NCBI GenBank assembly: GCA_963727445.1
Contig: CAVSGI010000013.1
Coordinates: forward strand, 416,001-480,000
Source: an uncultured delta proteobacterium
GTDB lineage: Bacteria; Myxococcota_A; Polyangia; Polyangiales; B10-G4
Length of the DNA stretch: 64,000 nucleotides
Reading direction: 5' to 3'
A program made the position numbers and the translations under genes. Of the stretch, positions 10,959 to 21,403 are shown one piece after another (position 1 is the first letter of the stretch; every line of letters begins with the position of its first letter). A model generated the notes under the pieces. The model was not told the origin of the DNA. It did no database searches and worked only from the letters and a program-made list of their open reading frames with translations.

Positions 10959-13900
10959 TAGAGCGTGACTTCGACGATGATGAACTTGTTGCAGAGGCGC
11001 TTGTCGGTGACTTCGCGGATCTCTCGCGAGCCCATGAGGCCGCGGAAGCTGCCCATGCGGGTGTGCTCGAGGACGAAGAAGGTTCGCTCGCCAGCGTGCT
11101 CGTTGATGTATTCGCGCACCTTGACGTTGTCGAGGTCGACGAAAACGTAGACGCGGTTCGCCGTATAGAAGTTCTCGCCCTTCCAGTTCATCTGCCAGGC
11201 GAGGAGGTGCTCGTCCGGGCTCTCGCGCGCGTCGTAGTAGCTGTAGATCAGCTCGCGCATGCCCCAGTGCGGGGAGAGGTCGACCATGTAGATGTTGAGC
11301 ACCCAGGCCGAGAAGAGGATCGACGAGACCAGGAGCGCGCGCGTCGCGATCGGGCGCAGCCGCACGAAGATCGCTGCCGCGATCAGGAACGACATCACCA
11401 ACCCGAAGGCGGTGAAGGCCGGGCGATAGTCGAACTGATCCGGCCAGGGGCGACTGTAGTTGTAGACGAAGAGGTGGATCAACCGCTCGAAGCCGTGCGG
11501 CCGCGCATCGGTGATCCACGACAGGTCCCGCGCGACGAAGGCCACCAGCACCGCGCCCGCCGTCAGGAGCGCCGCGAGAGGCGCGTACTCGAGCGGCTCC
11601 TTCTTCTTCGCCCCGCCACTGCGCGAGAAGATGACCCAGGTGAAGGCGAGCCCCGCCACGCCCGCCGCGATCAGCGCCCAACACGTCGCGGGATTCCAGG
11701 CGTGCTGCGTCACCCACTCCGCGCGGTCGGCCTGCTCGACGCCCAGCGGAACGATCCCGCGCGGATCGCCCCAGAGGCCGGCGACGCCGAGAAGAGCGAG
11801 GCCCGTGCCCACCGCGATCAGCGCCCAGGACGCGAGCGAATTCCTGCCCTCGGGGGCGACCTTGCCGAAGAGCCTGTCGAGCAGGATGCCGGTCGCGAGA
11901 CCCGCCGATGGCACCACCGGGAAGATGTAGTGGTGGAACTTCGTGATCATCGCGCTGAAGAGCGTGAAGGCCGCGGCGAACCACACGGTGAGCACGATGA
12001 GGACCTGCTGTTGCCGGTCGGCTTCCTGTGAGCTGTCCGGAGTACGCATGGCGCGATAAGGCCCGCCGCCCGGATCGAGCGGCGCCGCCGACGCATAGCG
12101 ATTCCAGATGAAGAGCGTGAGCGCCGCCGGAACCAACGCGACCCACGGGAACATCCCGAAGCCGAGCTGCTCGATGAAGTACTGGATGGTCCCGGTGTCG
12201 CCGTGGACGCCCGCGGCGAGACGGTTGATGTGGTCGTGGATGAGGAGCCGGTCGGTGAAGGGCGGTCCATGCCGGATGAACATCGCCACGAACCACGAGG
12301 CGCCGGTCACCATCACCGTGAGCGCGCCCGCCGCGACCTTCAGGTGTCCGTCGAAGAGCAGGTACCAGCGCTTCGACGCGATCAGATAGAAGAGCGCGAT
12401 CATCCCGGGCAGCGCAAAGCCGGGGATGCCCTTCCCCATGAACGCCAGGCCGCAGAAGATGTAGAAGGCGAACATGAAGAGGCCGCGGGCGCGGCGCTCG
12501 TTGCGGATCATGTGGATGAGCCACACCAGCCCAGCGCCCCAGAAGGCGGCCTGGCCCATCGGCTCGAGGAGCGGCAGGTCGAAGCTGCCTGTGGTCGCGC
12601 GCACCACGCCCACGAAAGCGCCGATGCCGACGATGCCGCCGCCGAGGGTGATGAGCGCGGGCTTCCTGCCGCGCAGCCACCAGATCAGCCCGACCGCGAT
12701 CAGCAGGATGAGCCCGAGCAGCACGAGCCCGGTAGCCAGCGAGACGTCCGCCACGTAGGGGACGACGTCACGCGCCGGCGCGTTGCCCGGGACGTGGCTG
12801 TTGCCCGCGCTCCCGAACATGAACTGATCGCCGTGCCACGCGAAGGCGGGGCCGTCGGTGAAGGAGATGTTGCGCGACGCCAGGTAGAGGACCTGCGGCG
12901 TCACCAGCATGAACAGGAGCACCAGCACCGCGTGTCGCGCCGACAGCACGATGCGGCCGACGCGATAGAGCTGGACCTCGCGCTCGGGGTCCGCGGTGAT
13001 GGCGAGCATCATGAAGGCGATCGCCGTCGTCATGTTGGAGACGAGCGGCATGTCGGTGATCGCCTGGTGGGCGAGGAAGAAGAACTGAGGCATCGTCCCG
13101 AGGACGAGGGCCGAGAGGAGCCCGGCGCGCTTGCCGAAGCTGCGGCTCACCGCGAAGTACGAGGTGATCAGCGCAACCAGCGACATCGCGATGATCGGGA
13201 GCCTGAGGGCCCACTCCGCGTGGAACATCTGGGAATCGGGGTGGTAGTCGATCCCCAGCGAGCCCATGGAGAGCGCGTCGCTCCAGAAGATCAGGATCGG
13301 CTTCGACCAGAACCAGTTCTCCTGGCACCACCAGAGGCTGATCCAGTCGTCGCGCGCGAGGATCTCGCGAGACACCTCGCCGTAGTGCGTCTCCCAGGGA
13401 TCCCAGAGGCTGAAGGTGCCCGCGAGGGGCACGTAGATCAGCCCGATGATGATGAAGATCGCGAGTGGCGGGCGCTTGAACGCCGACGGCACCAGCAGGA
13501 GGAAGAAGGCGACGAGGACGTAGGGCAGCCCGTCCCACCCCGCGATCGGGGCGCCGGCGAAGAGCGTGACCAATGCCGCAGGCACGGTGACCTTTGGCGC
13601 GGCCCACCACGGCTCACCCTCTTGCTGACCCCACGCCGTCTGCATGAGCGGGATCGCATTGGGCGCCTTCATGGTCAGAAGACCGAGGAAGTCCAGGAGC
13701 CCGAAGGCACCGACGAGCAGCGCGAGGAAGCCCCAGATCGGACCGCGCGGGAGCTGGTCCGTGTTGGCCATCATCAGGAAGGTGGCCAGGAGCGAGCCCG
13801 CGAGGATCAGGCCGCCGCGGAGGCGGTGTGGGCCGATGGGCGTCTCGTCGTCGCGCGAGGTTGGCTTGGGAGGTGGAGCGCTGGACTTTCCGCCCGCGGC

Positions 13901-14266
13901 AGAAGCCGAGTCCGCGTCGTCGTCCGAGTCCGCGCCGGAAGCCGAAGCCGAGTCCGAGTCGTCGTCCGAGTCCGCGCCGGAAGCCGAAGCCGAGTCCGAG
14001 TCGTCCTCTTCCTCGTCCTCGTCCTCGTCCTCTTCCTCGTCGTCCTCTTCCTCGTCGTCCTCTTCCTGGTCCTCTTCCTCGTCGTCCTCGTGGTCGTCGC
14101 CAGAGCCCGACTCTCCGTCCGAATCGGTCTCCTCTTCGTCCGAGACCTCGGCGCCAGAGTCCTCGTCCTCTGCGGACTTCGAGCCCTCGGCCTTCACCGT
14201 CTGCTCGGTCCCGTCGGCGGCGTTTTCGGTCTCTTCCGCCTCGTCGCTTTTCTTCTCGTCGGACAC
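10958..14266 (-). CDS. ArnT/PMT-like GT-C glycosyltransferase with long acidic N-terminal tail
   Basis: LWDPWETHYGEVSREIL, WFWSKPIL, ITDMP, KG.PG..LP, TKFHHYIFP; many TM helices. Confidence 0.85.
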   Translation of the reverse strand: MSDEKKSDEAEETENAADGTEQTVKAEGSKSAEDEDSGAEVSDEEETDSDGESGSGDDHEDDEEEDQEEDDEEEDDEEEDEDEDEEEDDSDSASASGADSDDDSDSASASGADSDDDADSASAAGGKSSAPPPKPTSRDDETPIGPHRLRGGLILAGSLLATFLMMANTDQLPRGPIWGFLALLVGAFGLLDFLGLLTMKAPNAIPLMQTAWGQQEGEPWWAAPKVTVPAALVTLFAGAPIAGWDGLPYVLVAFFLLLVPSAFKRPPLAIFIIIGLIYVPLAGTFSLWDPWETHYGEVSREILARDDWISLWWCQENWFWSKPILIFWSDALSMGSLGIDYHPDSQMFHAEWALRLPIIAMSLVALITSYFAVSRSFGKRAGLLSALVLGTMPQFFFLAHQAITDMPLVSNMTTAIAFMMLAITADPEREVQLYRVGRIVLSARHAVLVLLFMLVTPQVLYLASRNISFTDGPAFAWHGDQFMFGSAGNSHVPGNAPARDVVPYVADVSLATGLVLLGLILLIAVGLIWWLRGRKPALITLGGGIVGIGAFVGVVRATTGSFDLPLLEPMGQAAFWGAGLVWLIHMIRNERRARGLFMFAFYIFCGLAFMGKGIPGFALPGMIALFYLIASKRWYLLFDGHLKVAAGALTVMVTGASWFVAMFIRHGPPFTDRLLIHDHINRLAAGVHGDTGTIQYFIEQLGFGMFPWVALVPAALTLFIWNRYASAAPLDPGGGPYRAMRTPDSSQEADRQQQVLIVLTVWFAAAFTLFSAMITKFHHYIFPVVPSAGLATGILLDRLFGKVAPEGRNSLASWALIAVGTGLALLGVAGLWGDPRGIVPLGVEQADRAEWVTQHAWNPATCWALIAAGVAGLAFTWVIFSRSGGAKKKEPLEYAPLAALLTAGAVLVAFVARDLSWITDARPHGFERLIHLFVYNYSRPWPDQFDYRPAFTAFGLVMSFLIAAAIFVRLRPIATRALLVSSILFSAWVLNIYMVDLSPHWGMRELIYSYYDARESPDEHLLAWQMNWKGENFYTANRVYVFVDLDNVKVREYINEHAGERTFFVLEHTRMGSFRGLMGSREIREVTDKRLCNKFIIVEVTL
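13902..14003. repeat. Intragenic 42-bp tandem repeat (DSDDDSDSASASGA), about 2.4 copies
   Basis: gtcgtcgtccgagtccgcgccggaagccgaagccgagtccga at 13916 and 13958. Confidence 0.85.
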
Positions 14267-14353
14267 GGCCTATTCAGTCAAGCGGCGGGAGCATAATGGC
14301 TGGGGCGGATCCGGTCCAGCCGGCCCATCATGCGGCTCTCGGGAGGGTGAATC

Positions 14354-14698
14354 GTGGGAAAGAAACAGCAGAGCTCGACGATCGAAAATCGCGTCTATCT
14401 CTTCGCAGACCTGGCCTCGGCGTTCCTCGAGGACAACGGCGCCACGCTGGTGGGGACCGACGCGCAGCGAGACAAGGCCATGCGGGCCCTGGGGGACCTG
14501 GCCCACGCGGCCTGCGTCGTCGCCGACCACGCGCATGTCGACGGCCGCAGGGTCGGTGACATGGTGGCCCGCGGCCACCGCCACGGCGCCACCGCCGCCC
14601 CGGCCAAGAAGGCCGCGGCGAAGACGGGGAGCGCCAAGAGCAGCAAGAAGCAGAGCGCCAAGAAGAAGAGCAAGGGCGCGACGAAGAAGAAGCGCTGA
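14354..14698 (+). CDS. Hypothetical protein with Lys/Ala-rich histone-like tail
   Basis: GGAGG RBS; tail PAKKAAAKTGSAKSSKKQSAKKKSK. Confidence 0.7.
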   Translation: MGKKQQSSTIENRVYLFADLASAFLEDNGATLVGTDAQRDKAMRALGDLAHAACVVADHAHVDGRRVGDMVARGHRHGATAAPAKKAAAKTGSAKSSKKQSAKKKSKGATKKKR

Positions 14699-14752
14699 GA
14701 CGCCGGGGGCGCCGGGGTGGCCACCGGGCTGCCTCGGCCCCATGATGGTCGC

Positions 14753-15218
14753 GTGACCGAGCCGCGCGGCGACTTCTGCCCGGTGCGCCCCTACGAGGCC
14801 ACGACCGACGCACACGCGGCGGAGGTGCTGCGAAGCGTGCACACCATCGCGGTGATCGGTGCGCACGCGCAGGCCGCGCGCGCGGCGCATTACGTCCCCG
14901 CCTACATGGCGAGCCAGGGCTATCGCATCCTCCCGGTCAATCCGGACTTCGAAGGGCGCGCGCTCTTCGGCGAGCCGGCGGTGGCGCGCCTCGGGGATCT
15001 CGACGAGCCGGTCGACATGGTGAACGTCTTCCGCCGGAGCGACGCCGTGATCGATCACGTGGACGAGGTGCTGGCGATGCGCCCGCTTCCCCGCGTCGTG
15101 TGGCTGCAGTCGGGCATCCGCAACGACGAAGCGGCGGAGCGACTCGCCGAAAGCGGGCATCGACGTGATCCAGGATCGCTGCGCCCTCGCCGATCACCGG
15201 CGCCTGGTCGCGCGCTAG
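14753..15218 (+). CDS. CoA-binding protein (YccU-like), frameshift near 15155
   Basis: TIAVIGA, GYRILPVNP, VDMVNVFRRS, VWLQSGI; GIDVIQDRC continues in another frame. Confidence 0.85.
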
Positions 15219-15264
15219 ACGCGGGGCCGCAAGGTCGGGGTCCACGGGGCCGTTGGATGCAGTC

Positions 15265-15943
15265 ATGTTGGGCCAGTGGAGCCACATCCTGCCGTTGCTC
15301 CACGCGGGGTGCTCTCGAGAGGTGATGGAGAGGCCATTAGCGGTGGCATCGACCCGAGCGGTGCGATCGTCGCCGGGGGCGCGACGGTCATCGCCGGTGT
15401 GGCTCTGGCGATCTTCCTCCGACGAATTGGCGGGACCTTTCGCTCGCGGAAACGCGCCTGGGCAGTGCTCGGCCTCGCCGTCGTCGCGTTGGTCCTCGGC
15501 GCCCTCCAGGAAGAGGCCATGTTCCGGGCCTACTTCATCACGGAGCTGACACCCCTCCTCGGAGCCAACGGCGCCGTCGCCATCTCCGCCCTCGCCTTCA
15601 CCGCCATCCACCTTCCCACGAGCAAGGTCGACCGTTGGGCGTTGTTCAACTGGGCCGTGGGCGGGGTCGTCCTCGGCGTTCTCTATTCGCTGACACGTTC
15701 GATCTGGGTCGTGACGCTCGTGCACCTCGCCCGCAACGTGGGCAACCTCTTCGGGTTGGTGGAGCTGCTGGCCTCGGGCTCTTCACGCCGGCAACAGCGA
15801 TCGGAGCGAGGACGCGGACGACCTTCTACGTCGTCGTCGCCGTACTGCAGCTCGGTCTCGCCGGCGTGGTCTACCGCTCGTGCGCGCCCATGTCCCAACC
15901 CGCCCCCTGGGGCCTCGACACGCCGTCCACGTCGACGTCGTAG
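15265..15943 (+). CDS. CPBP (Abi/CAAX) intramembrane glutamic protease, frameshifted, ends approximate
   Basis: EEAMFR, F..IH, SIW....H..RN motifs. Confidence 0.7.
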
Positions 15944-17368
15944 GGCGAGCCGAGGTCCAGACCGGTGTCGACCGCAGGCGAGGTCGCCCGCAGCGTGAAG
16001 TCCGCGCCCGACAGGTCCGTGACCTGCGGATCTGCGTTGACGCCGTGCATGTCGAAACCCATCGACTGCCACTCGGACCAGGTCTGCCCGCTGCCGTCGA
16101 GTGTGGCCACATTGGACGAGGCCGGGGAGTAGTGCAGGTTGTAGTCGATGTGCGACGCGTCCCCCGCCCATCCGGTCAAGGAGAACGCGACACCGGCGTC
16201 AGTCGTGAAGAAGACGTTGTTCTGGACGATCGGATCCGGGGTCTCGGTGACCTGCGCCGTGTGGAACGCGCGGATCGAGTAGACGGTGTTTTCGTAGATC
16301 TCCACCGTCCCCGTGCCGGTCAGGCGGCGGAAGGACAGCGCGTTGCTCTGCGCGTTGTTGAGGTTGACGACGTTGTCGTAATAGAGCGTCGTTCCGTACA
16401 TCGTGGTCGCGTAGATTCCCTGCGCGTTTCCCGACTTGTCGTTGTCCTGGGCGAGATAGTTGTTGCGGATGATCGTCGACGTGTCCTGAAAGAGCTGAAT
16501 GCAGTCGTCGTGGCCGGTGGGCTCCTGGTTGTAGATGACGATCCGGTTGTTTTCGTAGACGCAGTCGTGGTTGCGCTGGGAGTAGATGCCATCGGTTTGC
16601 GCGTCCACGTAAGTGGGCGTGGTGATGTCGCATCCCCGAACCGTCACCGCGTTGCTCGTCTGGATGAAGACACCCCGCCCGTAGTTCGCATTGATCGTCA
16701 TGTTCGCGATGACGACGCGCGTGGCGGCGCCGTCCTCGCTGTAGGTCCCCCCGGATGCACCGCTCACGCGCACCGCCGAGTCGGCGCAGTTCTCGAGGTG
16801 CATTCCCGCGATCGTCACGTCCCGCTCCGCGCGCAGGAAGATGCAGTTCGGACGCGTGCCCTCGCCATCGATCGTCACCGTGCCATCGTGGCCCGCCTCG
16901 TCGCTTGCGGCGACCACGAGGGGGTCGGCAGCGGACCCCGAGGCCATCACGGTCAGCGTCTCCGAATAGGTCTGACCCGAGGCTCCGCCCGAGACGACGA
17001 TGGTGTCGCCGGGACCCACCGCGGACCAGTCGATGGCCGCGAACGATTCCCATGCATCCGCCCAGGACGATCCGTCGTTCGCGCCGGTCGCGGTGTTGTC
17101 GACGTAGTAGTCGGGTTCGAGGGGCAGGCCGCCGTCCGAGGCGCCGCCGTCTGCGGTGCCGCCGTCCGTTCCGGTGCCACTGTCCATGGTCATGCCGCCG
17201 TCCGTGTCGGAGCCGGAGTCCGCGTCAGCATCCGCGGTTGCACCGTCGGCGTCGGGGGCTGCGCCATCCACACCACCATCGGGCGTGGAGCCCGAGTCGT
17301 CCCCGCCGCAGGAAGAGGTGACCAGTGCGAGCGCGAGCGCGAGCGCCCATGGCAGGTCGGATTCTCAT
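15871..17368 (-). CDS. Right-handed parallel beta-helix lipoprotein (pectate-lyase-like fold), frameshift in signal peptide
   Basis: YYVD..GANDGSSWADAW, repeated I.NN motifs, ADP..DFTL...SPAVDTG, D.DG..RPQG..WDMGAHE. Confidence 0.8.
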
Positions 17369-17458
17369 GTGGGCCAGTGTACCGAAACACCAGGGCGCGC
17401 TGGCGGTCGTCAGATAGGCGCTGCGATCGGGCAGCGAAGCCCCACGCGCACGAGAGGA

Positions 17459-17577
17459 GGAGATCCGAACCAGGTTGACTGTAGGAGATCCGAACCAGGT
17501 TGACTGTGGGAACACGGACGTCAGAGGGGAGGAGATCCGAACCAGGTTGACTGTGGGAACACGGACGTCAGAGGGGA
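17459..17577. repeat. REP array downstream of RAYT: 3x GGAGATCCGAACCAGGTTGACTGT; 47-bp unit twice
   Basis: Copies at 17459, 17484, 17531. Confidence 0.9.
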
Positions 17578-17757
17578 CTCGAAGCTCCTGCACGACACAC
17601 GACGGCGGCCCAGACGACACGTGATGCCGGAAACCACCGTCCGACGAGGCCCGCGCGTGCCCGTGTGGCTGCATGATTGCACGCCTTCTCGCTCGACGGA
17701 CGCACGAACGCGTGCCCGGGAATGGCCCAAGCACGCGAGCGCCCCATGTGGAGCTGT

Positions 17758-18762
17758 CTAGGGAGGTGACCGGCAGCGAGCGTTGTGCAGCACGCGCATC
17801 TTCCAGGTGCCATGCGGAAACACCGCGCGTCGCCGGTCCCCGGAGCCCCAGTGGGACCACCCCTGATCGTACTCCGCATCGAATACCCGATTTCGCGCGA
17901 CCGCCGCGCGCGCGGCGTCTCGGTCACCGCTCGCGGCGAAACGAGGATTGCGCGCTCCAAACGTCTCGTAGCTGTTCGCACGTCGCGTGTGCTTCTGACG
18001 AAGCGCGCGGCTTGGGCCCATGAACGAGATCCCGCGCTTGCTCGCCTCGTCCCACGCCTTGCGCTCGAGCGCCTTCACCCCGGCGGCCACCCGACGCTTC
18101 ACCTCTTCGAGAGGCAGCTGGTCGAGCAAGACCTCAGGCAGGCCCGTGTCGTATTCGACGGCGTGCGGCCAGCCGCCGCCCACTCTGGGCGGATCGTCTT
18201 CGGTGGCGACCCACTCTTCCTCTGGCTCGAGCCGGACCTTGGTTTCGGGGTCTCTTCGTCCCGGAGCGCTGCACCAAAAGGGCGTGTGCTCGGCGCGGAT
18301 GGTCCGGCCGCCGAGCTCGTCGAGGCGCGTCACCGCTCCCGGCCAGTCCTTCGCATACCGCACCGCGAACGACTTGGCGCCGTTGCCGATCGTGTAGGCG
18401 AGCCGGTCCACGATCGCGTCCGTGCTCACGAGCTCGACCGCCGAACACTGCTGCGAGTCGAACACTTCGCCGGGCCAGCCGCGGAAGTCCTTCATCGCAA
18501 GGGCGAGGTTGCGGTCGAGATGGAAGAGGAAGTCCGGCAGTCGTCCCCAGCGGTCGACGATCACCAGGTGAAAGTGCGACGACATCACGCACACGGCGCA
18601 GACCTGCACGCCGGTCAACAGCGCCGCGAATCCCAGCAGGTAGAAGAAGATGCGCGCCACCACGCCGTCGATGTCCGGCGTGAGCAGAAAGTGGCGCCGC
18701 GTACATCGTCGAGAGACGAGGTACACCTTGCCCGGACGCACATCGCGGCGAAGGTGACCCAC
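17758..18762 (-). mobile_element. REP-associated tyrosine transposase (RAYT, IS200/IS605 TnpA/HUH family)
   Basis: YLVSRRC.RR.FLL.P, CVMSSHFHLV (HUH), LAYTIGN (catalytic Tyr), FP.GTWKMR; flanked by REP arrays. Confidence 0.85.
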
Positions 18763-18847
18763 TGGCTGCGGGGCAGGAGCGAGACGCGTGCCGAATATCC
18801 GCGACGTGATTTCGAGGCCTTGGCGGCGATTTGCGGCGGACCCGCCG

Positions 18848-19183
18848 CCACTCCGCCGGCGGCCGCCACTTCCCGCTCGCGACATCCCCTCCGGTCGCTG
18901 TTGCGAGATTACTCGTCAATCTCGCGAGGACAGGCGACGGTTTGGCCAACCTGGTTCGGATCTTCCCGCCACTGCCACCACCACTCCGCCGGCGGCCGCC
19001 ACTTCCCGCTCGCGACATCCCCTCCGGTCGCTGTTGCGAGATTACTCGTCAATCTCGCGAGGACAGGCGACGGTTTGGCCAACCTGGTTCGGATCTTCCG
19101 CCAGGATCTTCCGCCACCGGCGAGATTACTCGTCAATCTCGCGAGGACAGGCGACGGTTTGGCCAACCTGGTTCGGATCTTCC
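18848..19183. repeat. REP array upstream of RAYT: ~119-bp unit x2 plus 64-bp partial
   Basis: Units at 18848, 18981, 19120; each has hairpin GCGAGATT-N7-AATCTCGC and CAACCTGGTTCGGATCT (reverse complement of the left-array core). Confidence 0.9.
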
Positions 19184-19191
19184 CTGCGGCC

Positions 19192-20687
19192 TCAGAGCAG
19201 CGGCGGGAGCGCGTCCGTACAGGAGGTGTCCACAGGCTCCATGGGTGCGGCCAAGAACGCATCGACGATCCCCTGCCCGCAGGTCCCGGACGGGCGCTCG
19301 TCCGGGTGAGGCGAGCGAAGGATCCCGTGGCCGTGCCCCGGGAAACGGACGAGCTGTCCGTTCGTCGAGATTGACACAGCGGCTCGTGCATTGACGAGGG
19401 GCGCTGCGGGGTCGAATTCACCCGAGAGCACGAGGACCGGTACGTCTGTCGACACGGGCTCGTTCTCGATCGCTGGACGCATTTCCACCGGCCAGACCTC
19501 GGGGAACTGGAGGAAGATGTCCCCGTTCACCGGGCCGAGCGCGTCCACCAACTCCGGGCGCACGCCCTCCGTCGCGGCCGCGATCGACGCCGCGGTGTCG
19601 AAGGGGATCTCCTCGGCCGTCAACACCGACGCGTAGTGCCCCGCCGACAAGTTCCGTCGTGTCGAGCAGCGCGGGGGCCAGCGCTTGGAGGACCAGCGTC
19701 GACCCGCCGAGGACCCCTTCGATCGCGTTGGGGAGCAGCCGAATCAAGCTCGGATCGTAGAGGACGCCCTGTACGCCGACGAGGATGCGGGAACCATTGA
19801 TCACGATGGGCTGTCCGCTGGCATCGACGCTCACGGGACTATCGTCGAGCATGGCGACCGCCGCGAAGAGGTCGTCTTCGAGGTTCGGATGGTCGGCCGA
19901 GCAGGTGTCCGAGCTGGCACAGGCGGCGAAGACCGCATCGAGCGCGGTCTGGAAGTTCGCGGGCCATCCGGCGGCGAAGCTCAGGTTGACTACACTGGTG
20001 GAGTCGAGGATCACGCTCCGCGTCCGCTCCGGGTACTCCCGGACGAAGACCTGGGCGATGCGGCCTCCATAGGACAGACCGTAGACGTTGACCTCGCCGT
20101 CGTAACCCAGCGCATCGAGGATCTCGACCGTGTCGTCCACGATCGCTTTGCTGTGGACGTGAGAAGTCGGGACGCCCGCGCCGTCGAGCCTCGAACGACA
20201 ACGTCGATAGCCTTCGAGGAGCGCTTCGCCGTCTTCGGTCGGGGACAGATTCGTGGAGAAGGAATCAGCAAGGGCTTGCCCGTACTCGGGGCAGTCGAGC
20301 GACGGCGTGGATTGGCCGGAGCCGCGAGCATCCATGAAGACCACGTCCCGCGTCTCGTTGACCGAGGCGAGCGCTGTCGACGCTTGGGCAGGGAGATAGG
20401 AGTCCAGGGTCGCGGCCACCGAAGAACACGAAGGGGTCGGCGGCCGGCTCTCCGTTTCGTGCGTGCAAGACGGCGAGCTCGATCTGCACGGTCGCACCAC
20501 CCGGAGACTCTCGGTCGAGCAGCATCTCCATCGTCCCGCACCGGAAGTCGGTCGCGGTGAGCCCGTCCGGCAGGTCCAGGTCGCACGCGTGCTCGGTGAG
20601 CGCTGGCGTGAATGTGTCGTCTCCCTCACATGCGCCAAGAGCGCAAAGCAGCCAAGGGATGAGAAGCAACCTCTGACACGTCTTCAT
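19192..20687 (-). CDS. Alpha/beta hydrolase lipoprotein (TAP-like, peptidase S33), at least 2 frameshifts
   Basis: FRCGT, DARGSGQSTPSLDC, YGLSYGG, VLSGEFDP, PGHGHG spread over three frames. Confidence 0.8.
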
Positions 20688-21012
20688 CGCGGACAGGACC
20701 CTCGCACACGCGCGTTCCCCGATCAACGCGGGACCCGGACGATAGAAGAGAACGGCCTCAGGCGCCGATCTTCTCGAGTCCGAGGTACGATCGTCCTGAA
20801 CATGGCCAACCCCTTCGTTTTCATTCGTACCCACCTCCGGTTTCCAGCCACCGTGTAAGCGGACCGGCTCCCCGGACGCGCGTGTTTCGCAGTAGATCCA
20901 TTATCCACCCCTGGCTCGCCCGGGAGACTGGAGGCAGGCCGTTCATGCCGCTTATGAACCGCAGTCCACCGGCTATCCGAGAGACGTCGCGCGCGCCGCG
21001 GCGCGGCCGCAC

Positions 21013-21243
21013 GTGACCCGCGCGGCGCGCCGTCTGCACGGGCGTCACCCGCGACAGGTGATGGTCACACTCGACGTCGACGTCCGCGGCAACATCCAGT
21101 CGGCCACCGTCGGCGGCCCGCACACCGAGGGCGAGGCGCGCTGCATCGAGAGCATCTTCGCGCACACGCGGTTGCCGGTGCGGCCGCAGGTGCCGGGGCC
21201 GCTCGTGCTGACGCTCGCCGCGGCGGGATGCGTGGGGGACTGA
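21013..21243 (+). CDS. Possible small or fragmentary TonB-C/AgmX-like domain
   Basis: VMVTLDVDVRGNIQSATV..ARCIESIF..RLP. Confidence 0.3.
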   Translation: MTRAARRLHGRHPRQVMVTLDVDVRGNIQSATVGGPHTEGEARCIESIFAHTRLPVRPQVPGPLVLTLAAAGCVGD

Positions 21244-21403
21244 CCTTTGGGGACAGTTACCTGCAGTGATCCCGACGCCCCTCACCCTGCGCGCTCCCTC
21301 GCCACGGAGATATCGCAGCACAGATTCGATCCGCAGTGTCGCCCCGAGTGTGCCCACGCACGCTGTCTTTACGAATGACGCAGCCCCCAGGGATACTCGC
21401 CCG

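Noticed and set aside
17459..19183. Repeat arrays as CRISPR
   Set aside because: Inter-repeat sequences are identical rather than unique spacers, there are no cas genes, and the arrays flank a RAYT
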